Positions 56,717 to 64,000 of a stretch of DNA of 64,000 nucleotides are shown here, piece after piece. Position 1 is the stretch's first letter. Every line of letters starts with the position of its first letter. The translations under genes were made by a program, and so were the position numbers. The notes below the pieces were generated by a model. The model was given only the letters and a program-made list of their open reading frames with translations, was not told where the DNA came from and searched no databases. Origin of the DNA: Chitinophagales bacterium (GTDB taxonomy: Bacteria > Bacteroidota > Bacteroidia > Chitinophagales > Chitinophagaceae); NCBI GenBank assembly GCA_038257845.1, contig JBBSQL010000011.1, positions 9,152-73,151 on the forward strand, written 5' to 3'.

Positions 56717-56787
56717 AGAACAAAGATACAGTTTCAATAGTAAGATTGGAAGCTGGTAAGTTTTGAATGTTTAATTAACTTTGAAAA

Positions 56788-57477
56788 ATGAGAATTGATG
56801 TCTTAACCGTAGTGCCGGAATTACTCGAAAGCCCTTTACAACATAGTATGATGAAAAAGGCGCAGGATAAAGGTTTGCTGGAAGTACATGTGCATCATTT
56901 GCGCCAATGGGCGTTGAATAAATATGGCCAGGTAGATGATTACCAATTTGGTGGTGGTGCCGGAATGGTAATGATGTGTGAACCATTGGCCAATGCCATT
57001 GAATTTTTACAAAGTTCCCGGAAATATGACGAAGTGATTTTTATGACACCCGATGGAGAAAAGCTGGAACAAAAAAAGTGCAACAAATTATCACTTGCAG
57101 AAAACCTGCTTATTATTTGCGGGCATTATAAAGGTATTGATCAACGGATCAGGGATCATTTTGTAACGATGGAAATTTCAATTGGTGATTTTGTTTTAAG
57201 TGGTGGGGAATTACCTGCAGCAATTTTAATTGATTCAATTGGCAGATTAATTCCAGGCGTTTTAAATGATGAAACATCTGCACTCACGGATTCCTTCCAG
57301 GACAATTTGCTTGCACCCGATGTATATTCAAGGCCTGAAAGTTTCCGGGGATGGAAAGTGCCTGATATTTTATTAAGTGGAAACCATCGTTTAATAGAAG
57401 AATGGAGAATGGAGAATGCTGAAAAAAAGACTGCATTGAAACGACCTGATTTAATTAAAGTGTCAAAAACAAAATAA
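56788..57477 (+). CDS. trmD: tRNA (guanine37-N1)-methyltransferase
   Basis: Contains MRIDVLTVVPELLESPL, DDYQFGGGAGMVM and GHYKGIDQR. Confidence 0.95.
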   Translation: MRIDVLTVVPELLESPLQHSMMKKAQDKGLLEVHVHHLRQWALNKYGQVDDYQFGGGAGMVMMCEPLANAIEFLQSSRKYDEVIFMTPDGEKLEQKKCNKLSLAENLLIICGHYKGIDQRIRDHFVTMEISIGDFVLSGGELPAAILIDSIGRLIPGVLNDETSALTDSFQDNLLAPDVYSRPESFRGWKVPDILLSGNHRLIEEWRMENAEKKTALKRPDLIKVSKTK

Positions 57478-57662
57478 CCATAAAAGGTTTATTGTGTCCG
57501 ATTGGGATATTTTTAAATCCTTATAATTTATTTAACTAATTATCATTACCCTACTTTTACATTGTGAAACGCTTAACAGCTTTCCCGTATATATCCAATA
57601 TCCAAACATTGATAAACCAGGCCGAAGATCGAAGTTGTAACTCCTGAAACTTAAAAACGGCT

Positions 57663-57697
57663 AAAAACAATCCTGCTTACCGGCGGGATTTTTTTTT
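57663..57697. terminator. Bidirectional terminator (etfA end; also the only terminator after trmD)
   Basis: The stem aatcctgc/gcgggatt is flanked by A5 and T9. Confidence 0.75.
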
Positions 57698-57701
57698 GTC
57701 C

Positions 57702-58658
57702 TTATAGTATCTTTTTAATTTCTGCAGTCAGTTTGGGCACTACTTCAAAAACATCACCCACAATTCCGTAATCTGCTGATTTAAAAAAGGGAGCTTCCGG
57801 GTCTTTATTAATCACCACAATTGTTTTGCTGCGATTTACACCTGCCAAATGTTGTATGGCGCCTGAAATGCCTAAAGCAATATATAAATCCGGTGCGATT
57901 TGAATTCCTGTTTGGCCAACATGTTCATGATGTGGCCTCCAGCCTGAATCGGCAACCGGCCTGCTGCAGGCAGTGGCTGCGTGCAATGTTTTTGCAAGTT
58001 CTTCCACCATTCCCCAGTTTTCAGGTCCTTTTAATCCTCTTCCAGCACTCACTACTATTGCTGCTTCTGTTAATGGCACTTCACCACGAACTTTGTTTAC
58101 CGAAACGACTTTTATTGTGGATGCTGGTACAGGAATATCTAATTGTATTAATTCCGCTTTTCCTGTTTCATTTTTTGTAGTATGAAAGCTATTAGGATTT
58201 AGGCTGATAATTTTAATATCTGTAAGTATTTTCACATTTGCAAAAGCTTTGCCACTGAAAACAGATTTTTTCACAACAAAGCCATCAGCTAATTCAGGTA
58301 GGGCAGTAGCACCGCTTACAAATCCTGCATTTAACCGCACAGCCACGCGTGGCGCAATCGTTTTTGCTGTAGTATTATGAGAAAAAATAATTTCTTTTGC
58401 CCCGGTTTCTTTAGCTGCATGTGCAATTACATGCGCTAAAACTGCAGCGTCAATCGTATTGAGTTGAGGGTTTTTCACCTGGTAAACTTTACTAATTCCA
58501 TATTGGCCCAAAGCCTCTGGGTTTTCATCAATTGTTCCCGTAATTATACCATTTGCTTCAGTTCCCAGTAATTTTGCCAGTTCTACACCATACGTCAATG
58601 CTTCAAATGAGGATTTTTTGATTTGACCTTCTGAATGATCTATATATATTAATACCAT
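57702..58658 (-). CDS. etfA: Electron transfer flavoprotein alpha subunit
   Basis: The C-terminal FAD-binding motif is VGQTGIQIAPDLYIALGISGAIQHLAG. Confidence 0.95.
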   Translation of the reverse strand: MVLIYIDHSEGQIKKSSFEALTYGVELAKLLGTEANGIITGTIDENPEALGQYGISKVYQVKNPQLNTIDAAVLAHVIAHAAKETGAKEIIFSHNTTAKTIAPRVAVRLNAGFVSGATALPELADGFVVKKSVFSGKAFANVKILTDIKIISLNPNSFHTTKNETGKAELIQLDIPVPASTIKVVSVNKVRGEVPLTEAAIVVSAGRGLKGPENWGMVEELAKTLHAATACSRPVADSGWRPHHEHVGQTGIQIAPDLYIALGISGAIQHLAGVNRSKTIVVINKDPEAPFFKSADYGIVGDVFEVVPKLTAEIKKIL

Positions 58659-58679
58659 ATTTTAGTTTTAAAAGATTGA

Positions 58680-59423
58680 TTAAATAACTTTTGCTTCTTC
58701 ATGTAAAAGCCTGACCAGTTCTGCCACATTATCCGCCGGTACCAGTTTCACCCCGGCTTTGGCTGGTGGCATATCAAAACTGATATATTGCGTAGTCACT
58801 TCAACAGGTGCCGGTTCCACAACTATTAAAGGTTTTGTGCGGGCAGACATGATGCCGCGCATATTTGGAATTCGTTGTTCAGCCATACCTTTTTGGCAAC
58901 TTACGACAAATGGCAATTTAACTTCCACCACTTCTTCCCCACCCTCAATTTCCCGGGGGATGGTGGCCGTTTCTCCATTTAAATCAAATTTTGTTGCCAG
59001 GGAAACATACGGATATTCCAGTAATTCACTGATCATTCCACCAACGGATGCGCTGTTAAAATCTATGGTTTCTTTACCCGTCATCACGAGATCATATTTT
59101 TCGGCTTTCGCAATTGCAGCAATTTGAGAAGCAATATTAAAAGAGCCCGCGTCAGCAGAATTTACCCGTGTAGCCTGGTCGCCACCCAGCGCAAGCGCTT
59201 TACGAATCACCGGGTCGCAATCCGCACCACCAACATTAATTAAATGAATAACAATGGCTGGATCTTTTTCTTTCAATTCAATGGCGCGCACCAATGCATA
59301 CCATTCATCATACGGATTAATGATCCATTGAACACCGGCATCATCAAATTTTGTGTTATTATCTTTAAAAGCGATGCGGGATGTAGTATCCGGCGTCTTA
59401 CTTATACAAACTAAAATTTTCAT
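58680..59423 (-). CDS. etfB: Electron transfer flavoprotein beta subunit
   Basis: MKILVCISKTPDTTSRI...INPYDEWYALVRAIELKE. Confidence 0.95.
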   Translation of the reverse strand: MKILVCISKTPDTTSRIAFKDNNTKFDDAGVQWIINPYDEWYALVRAIELKEKDPAIVIHLINVGGADCDPVIRKALALGGDQATRVNSADAGSFNIASQIAAIAKAEKYDLVMTGKETIDFNSASVGGMISELLEYPYVSLATKFDLNGETATIPREIEGGEEVVEVKLPFVVSCQKGMAEQRIPNMRGIMSARTKPLIVVEPAPVEVTTQYISFDMPPAKAGVKLVPADNVAELVRLLHEEAKVI

Positions 59424-59692
59424 AGTTAATGATTAAATTTTTTTGCAAAAAGCAAAAATTTACTTTGATTTTTATTGCCGCAAAGGTGCAAATAAAATTT
59501 GTATTTTTATCATTACAATACATAGATTAGCTTTTTGTTTTTATAATCGTCCTATATTTTTTTAAACTACAAATCCAATACGATAATAATGAAATGATAA
59601 ATTAATAGAGCGTTTGGCAAATCCATACTATATGATTAATTTTGATCCACACAACTTTTCACTTTTATACAACTTTTTTTAATTTTCAAAAT

Positions 59693-60823
59693 ATGGAAAC
59701 AGCAACTTCCGAAAAAAAAACTATTCAATCAAATATTGATTTTTTGCCTTTGCAGGGCACAGATTATGTAGAATTTTATGTGGGCAATGCAAAACAGGCG
59801 GCACACTTTTACAAGACTGCATTCGGTTTTCAAAGTGTTGCGTATGCAGGACCTGAAACCGGCATAAAAGATCGTGCAAGTTATGTGGTTCGGCAACATA
59901 AACTGACACTTGTTTTAACTACGCCATTACGTGCTAATAACGAAATTGCAGATCATATTTATAAACATGGAGATGGTGTAAAAACACTTGCTTTAATGGT
60001 AGAAGATGCCCGCGATGCCTGGGAACAAACGACCAGCCGCGGTGCTAAAAGTTGTATGGAACCTGTGTCTTTAAAAGATAATGATGGTGAAGTTGTACTG
60101 AGTGGTATACACACATATGGCGATACAGTGCATTTATTTGTAGAGAGAAAAAATTATAAAGGGGCTTTCATGCCGGGTTACTGCGAATGGAAAACGAATT
60201 ATAACCCACCGCCCTCCGGTTTGTTATATGTAGATCATTGCGTGGGAAATGTTGGTTGGAATCAAATGAATCCCTGGGTGAAATTTTATGAAGATGTAAT
60301 GGGCTTTAAAAATATTTTAAGCTTTGATGATGATGATATCTCCACAGAATATTCCGCATTGATGAGTAAGGTAATGAGCAATGGAAATGGATTTGTAAAA
60401 TTTCCGATCAACGAACCTGCTGAAGGAAAAAAGAAATCACAGGTGGAGGAATACCTCGAATTTTATGATGGTGAAGGATGCCAGCATGTGGCCCTTGCAA
60501 CAAATGATATTTTAAAAACTGTAACTGATTTACAAAGCCGCGGTATTGAATTTTTAAAAATACCTACGAGTTATTATGATGACTTATTGAGCCGTGTCGG
60601 TCACATTGATGAAGATCTTGAACCACTTAAACAACTCGGTATTTTGGTGGATAGAGATAATGAAGGGTATCTTTTACAAATCTTTACAAAACCCGTAGAA
60701 GACAGGCCCACCCTGTTTTTCGAGATTATCCAGCGGAAAGGTGCAAAGAGTTTTGGTAAGGGAAATTTCAAAGCACTCTTCGAAGCCATTGAAGGCGAAC
60801 AGGCTTTGAGAGGCAATTTATAA
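59693..60823 (+). CDS. hppD: 4-hydroxyphenylpyruvate dioxygenase
   Basis: Contains VEFYVGNAKQAAHFY, GCQHVALATNDI and FFEIIQRKG...GFGKGNFKALFEAIE. Confidence 0.93.
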   Translation: METATSEKKTIQSNIDFLPLQGTDYVEFYVGNAKQAAHFYKTAFGFQSVAYAGPETGIKDRASYVVRQHKLTLVLTTPLRANNEIADHIYKHGDGVKTLALMVEDARDAWEQTTSRGAKSCMEPVSLKDNDGEVVLSGIHTYGDTVHLFVERKNYKGAFMPGYCEWKTNYNPPPSGLLYVDHCVGNVGWNQMNPWVKFYEDVMGFKNILSFDDDDISTEYSALMSKVMSNGNGFVKFPINEPAEGKKKSQVEEYLEFYDGEGCQHVALATNDILKTVTDLQSRGIEFLKIPTSYYDDLLSRVGHIDEDLEPLKQLGILVDRDNEGYLLQIFTKPVEDRPTLFFEIIQRKGAKSFGKGNFKALFEAIEGEQALRGNL

Positions 60824-60838
60824 ATTGAAAATAACAAT

Positions 60839-60868
60839 AAAAACCATCTTGTTGAAGACGGTTTTTTT
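60839..60868 (+). terminator. Rho-independent terminator after hppD
   Basis: The stem accatctt/aagacggt has one mismatch and is followed by T7. Confidence 0.7.
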
Positions 60869-60984
60869 ATGCACCAAACTGCTTAAAAATAGATGGCATT
60901 TTTCATTTAAATTAAAAATTTTAAAAATAAATTTGGCTGCAAATATTTTTTGCTTATACATTTGCAATAGTTCTGTGACAAAGT

Positions 60985-61102
60985 ATTCTTATCAGGAAAG
61001 ACAGAGGGATTTGACCCGATGAAGTCTTGACAACCTACCCCGTGTAAAAATGGGATAAGGTGCCAAATTCAACCCAGGCCTGCGCCAGGGACAGATAAGT
61101 TA
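60985..61102 (+). promoter_or_regulatory. SAM-I (S-box) riboswitch aptamer
   Basis: P1 is cttatc...gataag. Conserved cores are AGAGGGAtttGaCCCgATGAAgtC, GACAACC and AAGGTGCCAAATTC. Confidence 0.85.
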
Positions 61103-61134
61103 GAAATAAAGCAACCTATTTTAAGTTTAATTGT

Positions 61135-61173
61135 ATGCTCTTCTGACTGCTCGTTTGAAGAGCATTTTCATTT
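61135..61173 (+). terminator. Riboswitch expression-platform terminator
   Basis: The stem atgctcttc/gaagagcat is followed by TTTTCATTT, 70 nt before the ATG at 61244. Confidence 0.75.
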
Positions 61174-61243
61174 CTATCCTCCTTGTTTTTTTGATAAAAT
61201 ATTTTTTCGCTGCGCTTAGTATTTATCAAAAAAAAAATTAAAC

Positions 61244-62419
61244 ATGAAAGAACAAACAAAAATCCTACACAGTATTCCTGTGGACCCGCTGACCGGCGCT
61301 ATTTCCACACCAATTTATCAAACATCCACATTTGTGCAGGATGAACCTGGTGTACACAAAGGTTTTGATTATTCAAGAACAAATAATCCCACAAGAAAAG
61401 TGTTGGAAGATTTGTGTACAACATTAGAAAACGGCAGTAATGGTTTTGCCTTTGCAAGTGGTTTAGCAGCTATCGATGCTGTTGCAAAATTGTTGTCTGT
61501 GGGAGATGAAATACTTGCCGTGGAAGATATTTATGGTGGCGCATTCCGATTATTTACACAGGTTTATGCAAGATTTGGTATAACAGTAAAATTCATTGAC
61601 ACAACAAATGCAGAAAATGTTTTTAACCAAATTTCAGAAAAAACAAAATTAGTTTGGATTGAAAGTCCTACAAATCCTACGCTAAAAATATCAGATATTG
61701 AAGCCATCTCAAAAATCGCAAAAGCCAATGGCAGCCTGCTTTGCGTAGATAATACTTTTGCATCACCCGCATCTCAGAAACCGATCGAACTTGGCGCTGA
61801 CATTGTCGTACACAGCGCGACAAAATATTTAGGCGGGCATAGCGATTTAATTGCGGGGATTGTTGTCACCAAAAACAATGAGCTGGGAGAACGCATAAAA
61901 TTTATTCAAAACGCATCCGGTGCTATTTTATCTCCTTTCGATAGTTGGTTGGTAATTCGAGGTATTGAAACGCTTACACTTCGTATAAAACAACATTCCG
62001 AAAATGCTTTAAAGATTGCGGAATATTTATCGGCAAATCCTTTGATTAAAAATGTCTACTACCCTGGTTTACCATCACATGCAAATTATGACATTGCATG
62101 TAAACAAATGAAATATCCGGGTGGTATTTTTTCTTTTGACCTTGTATGTGATGATAAGAATATTGCAAAAAAAATTGCTACGCATACAAAATATTTCAAA
62201 CTTGCTGAAAGCCTCGGTGGCGTAAAAAGCCTGCTGTGTATTCCGGCAGAAATGACGCACAAATCAATACCGCGGGATTTCAGATACAATAATGGAATCA
62301 CCGATTCGCTGATCCGTTTATCAGTTGGACTGGAAGATGCAGATGATTTGATCAGTGACCTGGAGCAGGCAATTGATTTTGCGTTTTCAACTGAAAAAAA
62401 ATTCATTCAACAATCATAA
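61244..62419 (+). CDS. Cys/Met-metabolism PLP enzyme (cystathionine gamma-synthase/beta-lyase family)
   Basis: It has the PLP lysine context HSATKYLGGHSD and the family N-terminus PIYQTSTF. Confidence 0.88.
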   Translation: MKEQTKILHSIPVDPLTGAISTPIYQTSTFVQDEPGVHKGFDYSRTNNPTRKVLEDLCTTLENGSNGFAFASGLAAIDAVAKLLSVGDEILAVEDIYGGAFRLFTQVYARFGITVKFIDTTNAENVFNQISEKTKLVWIESPTNPTLKISDIEAISKIAKANGSLLCVDNTFASPASQKPIELGADIVVHSATKYLGGHSDLIAGIVVTKNNELGERIKFIQNASGAILSPFDSWLVIRGIETLTLRIKQHSENALKIAEYLSANPLIKNVYYPGLPSHANYDIACKQMKYPGGIFSFDLVCDDKNIAKKIATHTKYFKLAESLGGVKSLLCIPAEMTHKSIPRDFRYNNGITDSLIRLSVGLEDADDLISDLEQAIDFAFSTEKKFIQQS

Positions 62420-62426
62420 AAATGAT

Positions 62427-63671
62427 ATGCAACAAAAAAAATTAAGCATTGGCTTATTTGGTTTCGGGTGCGTGGGGAAAGGATTGTATGACCTGCTATA
62501 TAAAGATGATACGCTTGCTTCTATTAAAAAAATAGTCGTGAAAACGCCGGATAAAAAAAGGCATTCAAACTTTTCTACTTTCAGTTTTGACCCGGATGAT
62601 ATTTTAAATGACGGAGAAATAAATCTTGTCATAGAACTGATAGATGATGCAGCAGCAGCTTTTATAATTGTTTCAACAGCTATGAAAAAAGGAAAGGCAG
62701 TGATTTCTGCCAATAAAAAAATGATCGCAGAAAATTTCAGGGAGTTATTGCATTTACAAAAAAAATATAACGTACCATTTTTGTATGAAGCATCTTGTGG
62801 TGCCAGTATTCCGCTTATTCGAAATTTGGAAGAATATTATAAAACATGTTCATTACAATCGCTCGAAGGTATTGTAAATGGCTCTACAAATTTTATTCTT
62901 ACTAAAGCATTCGAGCATAAAATCTTCTATCAAAATGCGCTGGAAGAGGCGCAGGCACTGGGTTACGCAGAAACAGATCCAATCCTGGATACAGAAGGAT
63001 TTGATGCTGCATATAAACTCACCATTTTAACGGCACATGCTTTTGGAAAATGTATTGAACCCTCAGAAATTTTCAGAATAGGTATCAATCAACTAAGGGA
63101 AACTGAGTTTCAGTATGCCCGCAGGGAAAAATTAAAGATCAAATTAGTTGCAACTTCCTGTAAGGATCATGAAGAAAAAATATATTGTATTGTGATGCCA
63201 AAATTCATTCAGGCGGATCATCCATTGTATCATGTAGATGGTGTGTTGAATGGTGTGGTCACGAAAGCACGTAATGGAGATGCGCACTTTTTTTCCGGTA
63301 AAGGTGCAGGAGCTTTGCCCACTGCTTCCGCTGTATTATCAGATATTTCAGCCATAGCACATAAATATAAATATGGCTATGAAAAATATTATGCCGGCAA
63401 TGTTCCCCGCACTAAAAATGATTTTTTTATGAGAGTGATGGTTTCATTTCCCATAGAAAAAAAAGAAGATATCCAATCATGGTTTTTAGCAATAGAAGAA
63501 TCTTTTTATAATAATGAATCGGGTTATTTCACTGGAATTATTTCTTTTAAAAATCTCCGTGAATTAAAATCGTTGCAGGAAGATATTTCTATTATTTTAT
63601 TTGATGTGTGCAATGAAAATTTTGATATCAATAAAGTTGAAATCCCTGAATTTGAATTGCAAACTATTTAA
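62427..63671 (+). CDS. hom: Homoserine dehydrogenase
   Basis: Contains GLFGFGCVGKG and GIVNGSTNFILT...AQALGYAETDP..D. Start set at MQQKKLSIG. Confidence 0.88.
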   Translation: MQQKKLSIGLFGFGCVGKGLYDLLYKDDTLASIKKIVVKTPDKKRHSNFSTFSFDPDDILNDGEINLVIELIDDAAAAFIIVSTAMKKGKAVISANKKMIAENFRELLHLQKKYNVPFLYEASCGASIPLIRNLEEYYKTCSLQSLEGIVNGSTNFILTKAFEHKIFYQNALEEAQALGYAETDPILDTEGFDAAYKLTILTAHAFGKCIEPSEIFRIGINQLRETEFQYARREKLKIKLVATSCKDHEEKIYCIVMPKFIQADHPLYHVDGVLNGVVTKARNGDAHFFSGKGAGALPTASAVLSDISAIAHKYKYGYEKYYAGNVPRTKNDFFMRVMVSFPIEKKEDIQSWFLAIEESFYNNESGYFTGIISFKNLRELKSLQEDISIILFDVCNENFDINKVEIPEFELQTI

Positions 63672-63684
63672 ATACTCCATTCAT

Positions 63685-63724
63685 AAAAAAAGCTCTTGAA
63701 AAAAAATATTTTTCAAAAGCTTTT
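63685..63724. terminator. Bidirectional terminator between hom and ssrA
   Basis: An AT-rich stem agctcttgaaaaa/tttttcaaaagct with one mismatch. Confidence 0.6.
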
Positions 63725-63725
63725 G

Positions 63726-64000
63726 TGGAGCTGAGGGGATTCGAACCCCTGTCCAAACAAGGCCGCCATAAGTTTTCTACATGCTTATTTCATTATTATT
63801 TTTCGATGCGGAAAAGGAAATGAACAAACCAACCCCGCACTTAGCCGGATGATCTTAAGCAGAGTTCACAGCATTGCCCTGCAGCATCCCGGATTTGATT
63901 TTGAGTCGGCGGCGGAGCGTGGTACCAGGAAAACCTGCTCTCGCGGCCCAAATGGTTACTTAATCACTGATTAAGCAGCCATGGCTAACTGTGTGTTGCC
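63726..64000 (-). ncRNA. ssrA: tmRNA (3' portion; the 5' end lies beyond the window)
   Basis: The reverse complement ends ...GGACAGGGGTTCGAATCCCCTCAGCTCCA (T-arm plus acceptor; CCA not encoded). The tag ORF end GGC AAC ACA CAG TTA GCC ATG GCT GCT TAA (..LAMAA stop) lies at 63971-64000. Confidence 0.88.

Noticed and set aside
60825-61022. ORF of 65 aa downstream of hppD
   Set aside because: It covers the hppD terminator and the 5' half of the SAM-I riboswitch.
63726-64000. A genomic island integrated at tmRNA
   Set aside because: On the visible side, the tmRNA 3' end is followed directly by a terminator and the convergent hom gene. There is no integrase and no duplicated attachment fragment in the window.

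Overview
AT-rich chromosomal segment of a Bacteroidota bacterium, probably Chitinophagia/Sphingobacteriia-like. Clues are a T9SS C-terminal sorting domain, TAnnTTTG -7 promoter boxes and Bacteroidota-type gene families. All family calls come from reading the translations and from memory; no searches were run. I count about 68 protein genes, one SAM-I riboswitch, the 3' part of tmRNA at the right edge, and no transposase, integrase, CRISPR or phage genes. Layout: (1) 620-5276, a minus-strand cell-surface locus with a T9SS-sorted protein, a TPR protein and a 729-aa glycine-rich repeat protein. (2) 5313-8640, an unusual non-coding landscape. Two copies of a composite module bracket the NDH-2 gene: 46-nt-period G-tract satellite, then (CCATTAA)n heptamer array, then a conserved 260-340 nt unique segment, then satellite and heptamer array again. 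(3) 8643-30307, a sensory and stress island. It holds a CHASE3 kinase with its receiver, a REC-PAS-HK hybrid, three stand-alone receivers, a GAFTGA sigma-54 activator and Ku with LigD. LigD is split at an A11 run. The island also holds topoisomerase IB and many small stress-family proteins (DUF2383, DUF892, GSP26-like, CsbD, YtxH, DUF4142, DUF6496, lmo0937, BrkB). (4) 30495-63671, housekeeping genes: rlmN, pseudouridine synthases, dinB, icd, grpE-dnaJ, infA-rpmJ-rpsM-rpsK-rpsD-rpoA-rplQ, htpG, pckA, an RpoD-like sigma, LptF/G, CDF, a dipeptidase, cca, trmD, etfBA, hppD, and a riboswitch-controlled metB-like gene plus hom. The most interesting signals are two. First, a recurrent -24/-12-type box (TGG[C/T]A-N6-TTG) lies upstream of at least 12 stress and chaperone genes, including ku-ligD, grpE-dnaJ and htpG. 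This suggests a single alternative-sigma stress regulon, possibly sigma-54-like. Second, the modular repeat landscape around ndh has no obvious precedent that I know of.
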